Notes: a model not told the origin generated them from the letters alone. DNA of 64,000 nucleotides from the human T2T-CHM13v2.0 reference genome, Homo sapiens (GCF_009914755.1 NC_060947.1), one strand, 5' to 3'; positions 11,490 through 26,170 are shown, counted from the first letter of the stretch. Program-made: numbers and translations.

Positions 11490-14400
11490 AAGGAAGATGG
11501 CAGATAGGAGGCAGGGCTAATGTGCATCTCCCACTTGGATAGACAGAACGATGTGTTGATACTCACACTGTGAACTGTTGTTCCAAGAATTACTGCAGGA
11601 ACATATCAGGAAAACCAAAAGAATTAACAGATATTTGAAAGAAGTGACATACCACTGCAAACTCTGCAGGACGAGTGAAAAGCTTTGAGTTCCCAAATTG
11701 TGAGAGTGAGAAAACCTGCCTTTGAACACACATCCCCACTGGGAAATCTAAAATTTCAGATAACGGGAGAAGAATTTAACCTTATCTAGCACTGGAATGG
11801 ATTTAGGGAGCCATGTGAAATACAAAAGTAGAAGCAGCAGTATGAGGAGCCTCGTAGGCACTCCCAGTCTCCAGTTTGAGCCCATGGAAGCCATCTCTGA
11901 CTTTATCTCACAGGGGCCCTCAGGGAAGGCAGCCAGCAGAATTAGGGAGGGGACACAGGGTGAAAGAAGCTTCCAAATAAATGTTGTGATAATTTCAAGT
12001 GGGAACAAAATCCCTCGAACAGAATCTAGGGGATGAATGGGAACCGCAGCAGAAATGAGCGTAGGAAGGGGTTATCCACCATTGCAGGTAAATGGAGAGG
12101 GGTGTGGCGTGAACACTGTGCTTGCTTTTTCAGCGGGGAATCTTATGGCCTGGGGAGGGTCTGAGTTCTGTGCACAGGCAGCGTGGATCTAAACTGACCA
12201 CTTGCACTGTTAGTGGGGCACTGTGGGAACAAGACCAGCCTTGCCAACTGTGTGGAGGCTGAGTGAAGCCTTTTACTACCAGTCACCCCCTACTTCCCTA
12301 GTGAAGTCTCCTGTATGGGAGAGGCAGCCATAATACCCTCTGGAACATAACCCCATTGGCCTGAGAACTACCTGCTTATCCCCACAGTGACAGCTGCAAG
12401 CCCTGCCCAAGAAGAGTCTTTACTCAGATCAGCCTAACCCTGCCCCCATCTGATGGTATTTCTCTACCCACCCTGGTAGCCAAACACAAAAGACACAAAC
12501 TCTTGGGAGTTTTGTGGCCCCACCCATCACCTGAGAAATCAGAATACTTCCCCTGGCCAACTTAGGGCAAGCTCAAATTCCACTGCTAATACAACAGCTG
12601 GGATCTCCTGAAAGTGCCACCTCCTGGCTGGAGGTCAACCAGATAAAGCCATTACAGCATCTCATGACAGAATAATGCTCCTCCCAGGAAGGAGAAAACA
12701 GCAACTAATACCACTGCCTGCAACATCCTGGCTACCAGAGGTCCTGAGTCTGTCCATGTGACAACTTCACTGCTAGCATAACCAGCATTCATGAAAACCA
12801 GGATTTAACCTGTCTACAACCAAGGATTCTCAGAGTCTACATCACTCCCCTGCCATCTCCACCAGAGCAGGTGCTGGTATCCATGGCTGGGAGACCCAAA
12901 GACTGATCACATCACAGGATTCTTTGCAGACATTTCCCAGCACCAGCCCAGAGCCTGGTAGCCCCACAGGGTGGCTAGATCCAAAAGTTCAATTACAATC
13001 ACTGCAGTCTGGTTCTCAGGAAGCCCTATCCCTAAGGGGAAGGAGAGAACACCACATCAAAGAATCACCCCATGGGACAAAAGAATCTGAACAGCAGGCC
13101 TTAAGTTCCAGATCTTTCTCACAGCAGAAACACAATTGCAGTGCTGGATGCAGTAATAAAAATTCTGTACCTATACCACAACAGGCAGGCAGCCTCAGTG
13201 ATCATGAAGAGCCTTGGAGAAGGGGTCCTTCTTCCCCCCGGTACTCTACTGCAGACACAGCTGGGGCTTCCCCCACAGGAATGCAGTATAGAGTCACCTA
13301 TATACAGCCTTTGTGGAACAGTCCTGGTGAGTGCAGCCCCATAGGAGGAGCATACCCCAGATTCAGGCCTGCAAGTGTGGCAGAGTCACAATTCCCCCCT
13401 ACTTGAAACATCAGCATTTCCATAGACAAAAAGTGGTGCCTGTATGATCTGAATAGCTGAAACATAAAGCAGGAGTGAGGCTGTGAAGCTTTCCTGCTGA
13501 TCTGGCAGGAAGCTGAGGTAGCTCCCACTCTTCACCCTGATAAAACCTCAGCACATTTAATTGAGAGTTCACTCAGCCATCCTCATTATGGCTGGGACCT
13601 TGACCCAACATTGGGTATTACATCTACCCATCTGCCTTAGTCAGAATCAATGCTTACCCACGGATATCTCCCCTATTGGCCTGAAGCCTGATTCATCAAC
13701 TTAGTAAATAAAATACAAGGACCAATAATAAATAAATAAAGTGTATACCACAAGAGAATGAGATATGCTTCAAGAGATCCTTGCCTTTCCAACTCCATAG
13801 GAGATAGTAAACTTACCCACACACCAAGAATATAACTACTACAATCAGCATTAGGGAAAACCAGAACGCAAAGACTCTCATAACTAAGGATCTCTTAGAG
13901 AGTCATCACCCCTACAAGCATCAAGAATCAAATTAGGCTAAAATAAACATTAAAGTCTGATCCTTAAGAGAATAAAAAAGAAATATATATTAAATAAAAA
14001 CACAGTTCAATTAAAAATAAATTCCAAAAAAAATTTTAAGTACTAGCCTACTCAAATGAGAAGGAACCAGAAAAGTAATTCTGGTAATATGACAAAACAG
14101 GGTTTTAAAGCACCCCCAAAAGATCACACTAGCTCCCTAGCAGTGGATCCAAACCAAGAAGAAATCTCTGAATTGCCAGGTAAGGAATTCAGAAGTCACG
14201 CCTATAATCCCAGCACTTTGGGAGGCCGAGGTGGGCAGATCACAAGGTCAGGAGTTTGAGACCAGCCTGACCAACATGGTGAAAACCCGTCTCTACTAAA
14301 AATACAAAAATTAGCAGGGCATGGTGGCACACACCAGTAATCCCAGCTACTCAGAAGGCTGAGGCAGGAGAATCGCTTAAACCCATACCCAGGAGGTAGA

Positions 14401-17263
14401 GGTTGCAGTGAGCCGAGATCACATCACTGCACTCCAGCCTGGGTGAGAGAGTGAGACTCAGTCTCCAAAAAAAAAAAAAAAAAAAAAAAGAAAAAGAATT
14501 CAGAAGGATGATTATTAAGCTACTCAAGGAGATAACAGAAAATCATGAAAACCAACTTAAAGCAATTTTGAAAAAAACAATAAAAGATATGAATTAGAAC
14601 ATTTTCAGAAAAATAGATGTCATAAAGAAAAAACAATCACAACTTCTGAAAATGAAAGTCACACTTAGAGAAATACAAAATGCAGGGGAGAGTTGCAACA
14701 ACAGAATAGAAGAAGTAGAAGGAAGAACTTCAGAGCAAGGCTTTCAAATTAAACCAATCCTACAAAGACAAAGTAAAAGTAATAAAAAATGAAGAAAGGT
14801 TCCAAGAAGTTTGGGATTATGTTAAGTGGCCAAACTTAAGAACAATTGGTGTTCCTGGGGAAGAACAGAAATCTAAAAGTTTGGAAAATTTATTTGAAGG
14901 AATAATTGAGGGAAACTTCCCTGGCCTTGCTAGAGATCTAGACATTCAAATACAAGAAGCTCAAAGAACTCCTGGGAAATTTATTGTGAAAAGATAATCA
15001 CTAAGGCAAATAATCATCAGGTTATCTAAAGTCAAGGCAAAAGAAAGAATCTTAAGACCTGTGAGACAAAAGGATCAGATAACCTATAAAGGAAAACCTA
15101 CCAAATTAACAGCTATTTCTCTGCAGTAAACTTACAAGCCAGAAGAGCTTGAGGTCCTGTCTTTAGCCTTTTAAACAAGATAATTGTCAGCCAAGAGTTT
15201 TGTATCCAGCAAAACTAAGCTTCATAATTGAAGGAGAGATAAAGTATTTTTCAGTTATACAAATGCTGAGAAAATTTGTCATTACCAAGCTAGCATGGCA
15301 AGAAATTCTAAAAGGAGTTCTAAAACTTGAAACAAAACCTCAATATACATCAAAATAGAACTTCATTAAAGCATAAATTTCACAGGGCCTATACAAAAAT
15401 AACACAATGAAAAACAAAAGTATTAAGGCAACAGCTAACAGGATAAATAGAACAGTACCTCACATCTTAATACTAATGTTGAATGTAAATGGCCTAAATG
15501 CTCCACTTAAAAGACACAGAATGGCAGAATGAATAATCTACCAGCCGAGTATCTGCTATTTTCAAGAGACTCACCTAAAAAATAAGAATCACATAAACTT
15601 AAGGTAAAGGGGTAAAAAGTATATATTCCATGCAAATGGAAACCAAAAGTGAGCAGGAGTAGCTATACTTATAGTCAGACAAAGCAGACTTTAAAGCAAC
15701 AACAATAACAAAGAAAAAGAAATAGATGGACATTATATAATGATATATCTAAATGAATCCAATAGCATATCAATAAGAGAAGACACCATGATCAAGAGGG
15801 TTTCACACCAGGGATGCAGAGATGGTTTAATATATGCAAGTCAATAACTGTGATACATCACATAAACATAATTAAAAACAAAAAATATATTATAATCCCA
15901 ATAGATGCAGAAACAGTATTTGACAAATTCCAGCATCCCTTTATTATTAAAGCCCTCAGCAAAATTGGCATAGAAGGAACATACCTCAAAGTAAGAAAAA
16001 CCATCTATGAAAAAAAACCACAGCCAATATTACACTGAATGGAAAAAAAGTTCAAAACATTCCCTCTGAGAACTGGAACAAGACAATGATGTCCACTTTC
16101 ACCACTTCTATTCAACATATTACTGGAATTCCTGACTAGAGCAGACAAGAGAAAGAAATATAAGGTATCAAAATCAGAAAAGAAAAGTCAGACTGTCACT
16201 GTTCACCAATGATATGTTCATATAACTAGAAAACCCTGAAGACTCATCCAAAAAGTTCATAGATCTGACAAATGAATTCAGTAATGTTTCAGGATAAAAA
16301 TCAGTGTACACAAATCAATTGCACTGCTGTACACCAAAAAACACCAAGCTGAGAATCAAATCAAGAACTCAGTTGATTTTACAACAGCTTCCAAAAAATA
16401 AAAATAAAATAAAATACTTAGGAATATACTTAACCAAGGAAGTGAAATGTCTCTACAAGTAAAACTACATAACACTGCTGAAAAAGTAATCGCAGATGAC
16501 ACAAATGGAAACACTTCCCATGGAAATGCAAATTAAAACTACAACTCATTCTTACAAGAATCACTATAATTTAAAAAATCAAAAAATAATGTTGGCATGG
16601 ATGTGGTGAAAAAAGAACACTTTTACACTGCTGATGGGAATGTAAACTAGTACAAACACTATGGAAAACAGTATGGAAATTTCTCAAAGAACTAAAAGTA
16701 GAACTACCATTTTAACTAGCAATCCCACTACTGAGTATCTACCCAAAGGAAACTACATCATTATGTGAAAAAGACACTTGCACATGCATGTCTATAGCAG
16801 CACAACTTGCAGTTACAAAAATACAGAATTATCCTAAATGCCCATCAACCAATGAGTAGATAAAGAAAATACAGTATATATATACACGCACCAAGAAATA
16901 CTACTCAGCCATAAAAAAAGAATTGAAATATTGGCATTTGCAGCAACCTGGATGGAGTTGGAGACCCTTATTCTAAATGAAGTAACTCAGGAATAGAAAC
17001 CCCAAAATCCTATATTCTTACCTATAAGTGGGAGCTAAGTTATGAGGACACAAAGGCCTAAGAATGATATAATGGACTTTGGAGACTTGGGTGAAAGAGT
17101 GGGAGGGGTGTGAGGGATAAAATATCATACATTGGGTAGAGTGTGTACTGCTCAGGTGAGGGGTGCACCAAAATTTCAGAAATCACCACTAAAGGACTTA
17201 TCTATCTAATAAAAAATGTTTGTTCCCCCCAAAAAATATTGAAATAAAATTAAATTAAAAAAA
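11490..17263 (+). mobile_element. L1PB1-like LINE-1 with 5' UTR, ORF1, internally deleted ORF2 and 3' UTR
   Basis: 5' end 'ggaagatggcagataggaggcag'; ORF1 start MRRNQKSNSGNMTKQG (14056); ORF2 fragments (15814-16038); 3' UTR 'gggtgcaccaaaatttcagaaatcaccactaaagga'; degenerate TSD aagaaattgaca / aagaaacttcct in the host Tigger1. Confidence 0.88.
14196..14492 (+). mobile_element. AluSg-like element inserted in L1PB1 ORF1
   Basis: 'gatcacaaggtcaggagtttgagaccagcctgaccaacatgg', poly(A), TSD (AAG/AAA)GAATTCAGAAG (14182-14195 / 14493-14506). Confidence 0.9.
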
Positions 17264-17869
17264 GAAACTTCCTCAGCTACCCCAACCTTTAGTAACCACC
17301 ACCCTGATCAGTCAGTAGCTATCAACATCTAGGGAAGACCCTCCACCACTCAAGAGAATATGACTTGTTGAAGACTCAGATGACTGATAACATATTTCAG
17401 CAATAAAGCAATTTTAAACTAAGGTATGCACATGTTTTTAGACATAATGTTATTCTTGCATACTTAATAGACTACAGCAAAGTGTAAGCATAACTTGTAT
17501 ATGCACTGGGAAAACAAAACATTAATGCCAGTCGCTTTAATGTGATATTTGCTTTATTGAGGTGATCTGGAACCAAACACAAAAGCTTGAAGGACAAAAT
17601 GTGGACATTGAATGGCTTGAATGACAGGCAAATTGTATTAAAATTGATTATTTGGATACATAAAATATAAGAACAGATTTTGAGAAGTAAAGAAACATGA
17701 TAAGAACTATGATTTTGGAATATTGATCTAGCAAAGGCATGTAAGATAGCTTGTTGTGGGGAAATAATAGTCAGAGGGATGAATATGAAGGTTATTAGAA
17801 TAACTAAGCATAAGTAGTTAAGGCCAAAACTAGAGGTTAGTATTGGAATAATAAAAAATATTAAAGGTA

Positions 17870-18085
17870 ATATTCAGTGAAGAGTTATTATGTTACCTGC
17901 TATGTGCTTTATAAATGTCCTGCAGTATCTACCACGCAAATTAGGCATGTGCTTTTATTATTACTGTGTTACAACTAAAGTGACTTGAGATTATTATAGG
18001 TTATATGCTCACTCAAGGCTACATTGCTAATAACTGACCAGTGGTATGTTGAGAACTTGGAATAACCTCCATACTAAATTCTAAC
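17870..18085 (-). mobile_element. Degenerate MIR within old L2-like sequence
   Basis: 'tatgtgctttata...ttattattactgtgttacaactaaagtgacttgag...ctcaaggctacattgctaataactg' resembles the antisense MIR core. Confidence 0.4.
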
Positions 18086-19497
18086 ATAACAATTGTGTGA
18101 GGGAGAGATAATACAATAATTAATGTTTTGGTGACTAACTGATGGGCAAGAAGTTTATAGATAAATCATAGATGATTCTGAAGTTTCACATATGGCTTAC
18201 TGGGTAATGATGATGATATTTATAAATTTCATAATTTAGAAAGGACTGCTTTCTCAAACATTTTATGGAAAGGTTTGGTTTTCTGTTCTTTATTTTTACT
18301 ATTCTCTCAAAAGGAGGTTTGTTGTTGTTGTTGTTTGTTTTTGCTTTCTTTTGTGTCATTGTCATTGTCTTTGTTTAAACTCTACAACAATAGAAACTCA
18401 TTCTTTTTTTCCCACTCAATCTTAAGACATACCTCTAAAGCTAAACATTTTGCTCCATTAAACCTAGCTGCAAATATCTCCTTTATCTTTGAATTTCAAA
18501 CATATTCATGTGTCCAGAATAATGCTATTTTAAACTTGCCTGTATTTTGTTAAATGATTCTCTTTCTCTAAATTGTCCATATTTTCAAATCAGAGGTAAA
18601 GTACTATGTTTACATTACAGAGTTGTAGATAATTTTGTATTACTCTTCTGAATGCTTCACAATTTAAAAATAACAGATATTTAAATATAACTACACTTAC
18701 ACAACCACTACTTTTTACCAAACACAGATGAACAAGAAAATACCAATTATTGTGGAAAGAATTAAGCTGGATTTAAGTATACATTTTCTGATAATCAGAA
18801 CTGCTAAATATTTATATTTTTATTGGGAAATTATAAAACGTACCTTTCCCTGAAACCTTTAAAATGGAATTGATGTAATATTGCAGTTAATTACTGAAAG
18901 TGCCTCATTTTTCATTAAGATTCAATGGACCTTAGGCTATGCTTACTGATCCTATAAATGAAATTCACAAATAAAGTACACCAATGTTAAAGAAAAGCCT
19001 TACCACAGCATGACTAACAAGTAACAAATTAACAAATTATTTCAAGTTGTGATCATTTTTGTAGTATCCTTGTTTTGCTTTTGCTGCAAATATAAATCTG
19101 GCCTATACAATCATCATAATCTAACAGTTTCTATAATACAAAGGCAGTCATGTAAATGCTAAAAATTATCATAATTGCTTGAAATAGAGTTATAATCTCC
19201 AAATGTATGGAGATCAGTATACTGTTCTTTATTTCTTTATATTTCCCTCTCTCTCTTTCTATTTATTTCTTTTTTAAATTTTGCTAACTTGAATTCCCAT
19301 GTTGAAAAGTCTAATTTCTCTAACCTGCCAGAAAAAAACAAATGCTGCCAAAGAACTTCAGTTTCACGGCATGCATTGAAAACATAGTCCAAAAGGACTG
19401 AATCAATCCAATCATTTGGGAATAATTTAAACATTTTGATGGGGTCAACAATGCCAAAAGCTTATGCAAAATTGCTTTGCTGTTCTGTGTTATTCAG

Positions 19498-19641
19498 ATG
19501 CAATATACAAATTCTTACAAAAAGTTGCCATTACAAGATCTGTAGCAATAGAAGGATCTTACAGAAGCGTGTATAATTATACCTCAGAGAGGAGTAGTAG
19601 CAGAAATATCTGCTGCAAAACTAATAAACACAAGAAAGCAA
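19498..19641 (+). pseudogene. Predicted exon A of a decayed/unannotated multi-exon gene (144 nt, phase 0-0)
   Basis: Acceptor ttgctttgctgttctgtgttattcAG, donor caa|GTAAGA; reads MQYTNSYKKLPLQDL*Q*KDLTEACIIIPQRGVVAEISAAKLINTRKQ; unique sequence. Confidence 0.5.
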
Positions 19642-19664
19642 GTAAGATTGTCTCATGTAGGTGC

Positions 19665-20330
19665 ACTGGTGGATTCAGGCTTTGTAGGTTTTGCCCCTTA
19701 TATAATTTGAAGTGAACTCTTTAAGTAAAAGAATAACAAATTAGGAATGAAAGTGAATGTTTCTTTAGAATGAGCAAAGGAAATCACACAAAATTACAAA
19801 TTTATAAAAGCTGACAAGTATCACAAACTTCACAACATCCAGAAAAAGAACATAATATTTTTAATTAACTGAGAAACCTCTTTCATATTATTTTTCTATT
19901 TTTTGTTACCAATGCTTTGATTAGCTCTTCATAGCACAGTGATTTTGTGACATTATTTTCTATAGAGAAAAGAGAAACATAATTTGGTTTTCCTCTAGCA
20001 TAGTTTAGGAAAGTTTCTTTCAACTTTACAACTCATTCTTGGTAATGTAATTAAACTATAGGATTCTAATCAAATTTATACAATTGACTACGATGTCTCT
20101 TTCATACATAAACTGCAAGATTTGGAACACATTTCTATAGCTTAGATGCTGGCTATACACATTTCAAACTTTTGTTTCTTCTCCAATACTCACGTACTCC
20201 CAGAGTTAAGTATCATAAACAAGTTCATATGACAATACCACCTCTGACACTGAAACTTCATGTCATGATGCAGAGTGGATTGGCACAGTACACACAAGTG
20301 CACAGAGCAATGGGAGAGAATGAAATGCAC
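19665..20330. mobile_element. Ancient hAT-Tip100 DNA transposon fragment (Zaphod/MER91-like)
   Basis: 'ggattcaggctttgtagg...tataatttgaagtgaactctttaagtaaaagaataacaaattaggaatgaaagtgaatgtttctttagaatgag' resembles the recalled Zaphod terminus; family name tentative. Confidence 0.5.
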
Positions 20331-21728
20331 GGTGCATGGCAAGGAAACTGAGCATTTTCACTCCAGGAAGAGCTGGCAAACTCCAGCTTGGGAATCTACA
20401 GTGCTCACTTATTAAGCCATCTGGGGGCAGGATTTTTTCTGCAGTCAACTTGTCTGTTTCAAGTCATTTGACACCCCTAGTTACAGCTTACCTGATAGAA
20501 AAAATAAGGTGAGAGTGGACCAAAAAATGTTTGATCCAAGATGCCTAAAAAGTAGTAATGGAAGCAGAAAAATTATTTTATAGCTGCCTACCACCAGGAT
20601 TACGCTGCAAGAATCAACCCTGGGCTAGTAAATATGATATTGGTAATACTTTTCTCTAACAGTAAATTTAAGATTAGAATTTCCAGATTCTATAAATCTA
20701 TAACATATATAATGGCATATATTATCAGTAATCATGAAAAGTAACAGGTGTCTTTCTAAATGCTGCAACCACAAGAGTGATCTCTTTATAGATTAAAAGG
20801 TTAAAAAAATGCTGGCAAAAAAAATAATAAAATCATCTATTTTAAATCCATTTATTTTTCTTATAGACTCTTCAGAGCTTTACAAAGGGGTCTGATGTTT
20901 TACTGCTAAAAATTGATTAGAAACACCACTTCCTTGGATTCTAAAGCATCCAGGAAGACTAAAAACACTAATGACCTCAATTTTTTTTCCAGTTATAAAT
21001 TCAGAAAACTAATCAGAATTTAAAAATTAAAATTTAACACAAAACAATACAATCTAAAAAAGGTCAGATTGCCTAGCCCACTGGCTTTGCACTCATACAA
21101 ACAGGAAGCTGAAATTTTGAGTTTTGATGGTCACTGTATCATTAACCTATTATGTTTCCATAACAAATTACCTGCTCAAATTTAAGTTTCCTTTGTCTGC
21201 AAATCTTAAACAGTTCACTGTGTCATGAGTATAATTGGTAAACAATCATATCTCCCTATATGAGGCAACCTCTCTGAGCACTAAACTAATTACCTAAACA
21301 ATTTTTTTACCATGAAGACTGGTAACAACGATATATAGGAGAAAAAATATTAGAATTAAAGTGTCTTTGTTGTAAGATAATATTTTTTCTAATGATCTGG
21401 TTTCACTGCCAGTGTTAATAATTTATCTCTACCCAAATCTGTTCAGAAATAGAAATACTTTCTTTTATTACCTAAGAAGCTCTGAATAATCCCAACTGAA
21501 AAATGCCTGCCATGCTACTAGTATGGAAATCAAATTTCCTATACCTGTACATTTTAATTTGTGATGGAGGAATTTGTGCCTAATTATTTATATATGGTTT
21601 GAATTGTATAATTAATAGTGCTGTTTTAAATAATTTTACCTATGATAGAATAAATTTCTCAAACTAATATTTTAATTCTTTCACCTTCCTTTGAGTCACT
21701 TGCAGGATGACTTGAAAATAGTATTCTT

Positions 21729-22032
21729 TTCTTTTTTTTTTTTTTTTTTTTGAGACAGAGTTTCACTCTATCAATCACCCAAGCTGGAGTGCGATCTTGG
21801 CTCACTGCAACCTCCTCCTCCAGGGTTCAAGCAATTCTCCTCCCTCAGACTCTTGAGCAGCTGGGATTACAGGCACCTGCCAGCATGCCCAGCTAATTTT
21901 TTTTGTATTTTTATTAGAGATGGGGTTTCACCATATTGGCCAGGCTGGTTTCGAACTCCTGACCTCAAGTGATCTGTCCGCCTCGGCCTCCCAAAGTGCT
22001 AGGATTACAGGCATGAGCCACAGTGCCAGGCC
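21729..22032 (-). mobile_element. AluS (Sz/Sx-like), antisense
   Basis: Poly(T) then Alu body ending ...gagccacagtgccaggcc; 16-bp TSD TGAAAATAGTATTCTT (21713-21728) / TGGAAATAGTGTTCTT (22033-22048). Confidence 0.92.
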
Positions 22033-22802
22033 TGGAAATAGTGTTCTTGAATCTTTGTCTTTACTCTTGTAGGAAATGTGGCTTACTATTACAAGCTGAT
22101 AGAATAGTTCCCTAAACTATCCTCTTATTATTATCTGTGATAATATATTGAAAAGTATAGGTCATTGCTTAGACATATGTTGGGTTGTCAATACATTGAA
22201 TACTCAGTAATACATAACACAAAATATTTTGTCAACATATGTTAACTCAATGAAGTTTACAAGTATAGAAGTATGCTTATGGAGCTTCCTCATTCTGTAC
22301 AATCAAGTTGCTCATCTTTCCTAGGACCAGAATAGACCAGAATATTTTTTCCCTCTTAATTAATTCCTGGGTCCACTGAAGAAAAAATAGCAAATCTTAA
22401 TTTTGACCTAAAACTAAATTCCAGAGTGCTACTTTCTACACATATTAGCTACAAATAGCATACATATTTCAAGATCTGGAATAGAAGTTGATAAGCTACA
22501 CTTAAATCTTGGCTTGCTTTGGCCCTTGAGTTGCAAAACACAATGCTTATGGCATAGAGACCCTGATATTATCTCCATAAATGTGACAAATTACAAGCCA
22601 AATTAAATGACATACACCTAGAAGAGCCCCAATGGTACAATTTATTAAATACTTTAGTATAATGAGTATTTATGTTAAATTGATTATGCTAAGACTATGG
22701 CAGGTTAAGCTTAATATTTCTGGTTTCTGAATGCTCAGTTTAATATATCAGATTATAGCATTTCACCTCTGTTTATTGTTTTGTGCTGCGTGTGTGTGTG
22801 TG

Positions 22803-23901
22803 CACAAACTCAAAGAACTAAAAAAAGAAAAAGAAACTAAGCCCGTATTAGCAGACTAAAGTAAATAATAAATATTAAATCAGAACTAACAAAATAGAAA
22901 ATAATTGGTAAAAACTCAATAAAAGTGAGTTACTTTTTGGAATGACCAACAAAATTCACAAAACTTCAGCTAGACTGAAAAAAGAAAAAATTCAAATAAA
23001 TAAAATAAAAAATGAGGAGACATTATAACTGACGTCACAGAAATATAAAATGATTATAAGAGATTATTATGAACAGTTGTACACTAACAAATTGGATAAC
23101 TCGGAAAGATGGATTAATTCCTACAAACATATAATCTACCAAGAATGAATCATGAAGAGATAGAAAGTCTGAACAGACTGATAATTGGTAAGGAGTTTGA
23201 ATGAATGAAAAAAACCTTCCAAAAAAGAAAAGCTTAGGAATATATGGCCTTACTGGTGAGTTCAACCAAACATAAATAAGAATTAACACCAATCCTTCTC
23301 AAGTTCTTCCAAAAAATAAAGAACAGGGAACACTATTGAACTGATTTTATGAAGCCGACATGACCCTGATACCAAAGAAAGGCAAGAAGTCTACTAGGAA
23401 AGAAAATTATGAGCCAATATCCCTGAAGAACATAAATGCAAAAACCCACAACAAAAAGCTAGCAAACTAAATTCAACAAGATAACAAAAGGGTCATACAT
23501 CATGACCAAGTGGAATTACCCCTAGAATGCAAAAAAAAAAAAAAAATAATATAGGAAGCTATCAGTCAATGTGATATACCATATTAATAGAATGAAAAAT
23601 AAAAATTATTTGATCATCTCAATAGGTACAGAAAAAACATTTGAGAAATTTCAACAACTTTTCATGATAAAAACAGACTAGAAATAGAAGAAATTAACTC
23701 AAAGTAATAAAAGCCATATATGGATAGCCCACAACTATTATATTCAATGGTGAAAAACTGAAATTATTTTCTCTAAGGTGAGGAAAAAGTCAAGGATGCC
23801 CACTCTCACCATTTCTGTTCAACACAGTACTGGAGTTTCTAGCCAGGGCAATAAGTAAAAAAGGGCATCTAAATCAGATAGGTAGAAATAAAATTATAAA
23901 G

Positions 23902-23946
<45 letters not shown>

Positions 23947-25805
23947 TTAGAACTAAAAAACAAATTCAATATAATTGCAGAATACAAAATAAATGTACAA
24001 AAATTGTGTTTCTGTACACTGACAATGAAATATTGGAAAAAGAAGTTATGAAAATAATGTCATTTACAATAGCATCAAAATAATAAAATACATATGAATA
24101 ACCTAGCCAAAAAGGAAAAAGACTTGTGTATACTGAAAACTACAAAACACTGGTGAACGAAAGTAAAGAAGATAAAAATAAATGCAAAGATTCCCTGTGT
24201 TTATGAATTGGAAGAGTTAATATTGTAAAAATATACATACTACTCAAAATGACCTGCAGGTTTTTCCAATCTGTATAAGAAACTCAATTTTTTTACATTA
24301 ATAGAAAAAGCAATCTTAAAATTTATATGAGACTATAAAGGATTGTACCCAAATCTTAAGAGAAACAAAGACAAAGGACTCTAACATCCTAATTTTAACA
24401 CACACTACAAAGCCACAGTAATCAAAATAGTATGATACTAGCGTAAAATAGACACTTAGACCAATAAAGCAGAATAGGAAGCCCAGAAATAACATCATGC
24501 ATATATGGTCAACAGAGCTTCAACATGGGTGCTAAGAATACAAAGTGGAGTAAGGGTAGTCTCTTCAACAAATGGTGATGAGAAAATTGCAAATTCACAT
24601 GCAGAAGAATAAAATTGGGCTTTTATGTCACATAATTCACAAAAACCTACTCAAAATGAGTTAAAGACTTAATTGTAGAATGTAAACTGTAAAACTTCTA
24701 GAAAAAAATAGGAGAAAATCTTCATGACATTGATCTTGGCAATGATATATTGGATATAACACCAAAAGTACAGGTGAGAAAAGCAAAAATAGACCAGTGG
24801 GACCATATCAAACTAAAACGCTTTTGCACAACAAAGGAAATAACCAACAGAATAAAAAGGCAACCTACAGTCTGTAGGAGAATATTTGCAAACCATATAT
24901 CTGATAGCTTAATATCCAAAATATATAAAAAACTACAACTCAATACCAAAAAAACCCCAAATAACCCAATTAATAAGTAATAAAATGATCTGAATAGATA
25001 TTTGTTCAAAGAAGATGTCCAAATAGCCAAGAGGAATGTTAAAAGTTGCTCAACATCCTAATCCCCAGGGAAATGCAACTCGACAACAATGAGATATTAC
25101 CTTATACTTGTTAGAATTTAAAAACAAAAACCAACAAACATAGCAAGTGTTGATGAGGTTGTAGAACACAAGGAACACTTGAGCACTGAAGGGAAATATG
25201 TAAAATAATAAAGCTGCTAGGGAAAAACAGTATAACGTTTCCTGAAAACATTAATAATGAAACTACCATGTGATCCAGCCTTCCCAACTCTGGCTATTTT
25301 TTCAAAATAACTGAAATCCAGATCTTGAAGAGATATTTGTACTCTCATATTCTGGGCAGATTATTTATAGTAGCCAAGAGGTAATGCCCATGGACTAATG
25401 AATAAAGAAAATGTGATATATACATACAATGGAATTTATTTAGTGATAAAAAATATGCCATATGCTATAATCTGGATGAACCTTGAGGACTTTATGTTAA
25501 GTGAAATAAGCCAGTTGCAGAAGGACAGAAACTGTATGATTTAACTTATGTGATATATGTAAAGGTGTCAAACTCATAGTAGTACAGAGTGGAATGTTGT
25601 TTGCCAGGGGCTGGGAGGAATGGAGAATGGAGAGTTGCTGTTCAAAGGATATAAAATTTCCTTCAAGCAGGATGAAAATGTTCTAGAAATCTATTCTACA
25701 CCATTGGGATTATAGTTAGCAACACAGTACTCTGCACTTAAATATTTGTTAAGAGGATGGAAATTCGTATGTGTGTCTTTTTGAACAAAATAAAAAAAAA
25801 AAAAG
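22803..25805 (+). mobile_element. 5'-truncated old L1 (L1MA9-L1MB2 class): ORF2 plus 3' UTR
   Basis: ORF2p remnants (24750-24980 KAKIDQWDHIKLKRFCTTKE..NRIKRQPT); 3' UTR 'gttctagaaatctattctaca...atagttagcaacacagtactctgcacttaaatatttgttaagagg'; A-tail at about 25790. Confidence 0.85.
23905..23944. repeat. (AC)20 microsatellite
   Basis: Uninterrupted AC run inside the L1. Confidence 0.97.
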
Positions 25806-25904
25806 AACTTGGCCTTGGTAACTTATCAGACCTAGGTTGGAGCTTTCAACTCTGTTGGTCCTGTGGACTTTAGTCAGTCAGTTTACTTAATCCATTTAAT
25901 AGGT

Positions 25905-26170
25905 AATAGCATTTAACATTTATCCACTATAGCGTTTAGTATGTACAAGGCACTTTTGAAATGCTACATAGATTGATAGATGATAAATAGATGGCCAATT
26001 GATACATAAATGCCAATACTCCTTTAATCCTCACAACAATCCATTCTACAAATGAGAAAACTAAGGCAGGGAATGATCAACTAATTTGTCACATAGCTAG
26101 TAAGTTATAGTGTGAGAATTCAATTCTAGGCAGCCTAGATTCACAGTTTTTGCTTTTAACTAATCTACTA
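25905..26170 (-). mobile_element. MIR SINE (antisense)
   Basis: 'tttaatcctcacaacaatcc attctacaaatgagaaaactaaggc...gtcacatagctagtaagt...gaattcaattctaggcagcctagattcacag'. Confidence 0.75.

Noticed and set aside
12924-13406. Longest listed ORF (160 aa) as a novel protein
   Set aside because: Lies in the GC-richer L1PB1 5' UTR, starts at TTG, and has no splice or homology support; the same applies to 34037-34423 and 34707-35084 in the L1PA10 5' UTR.
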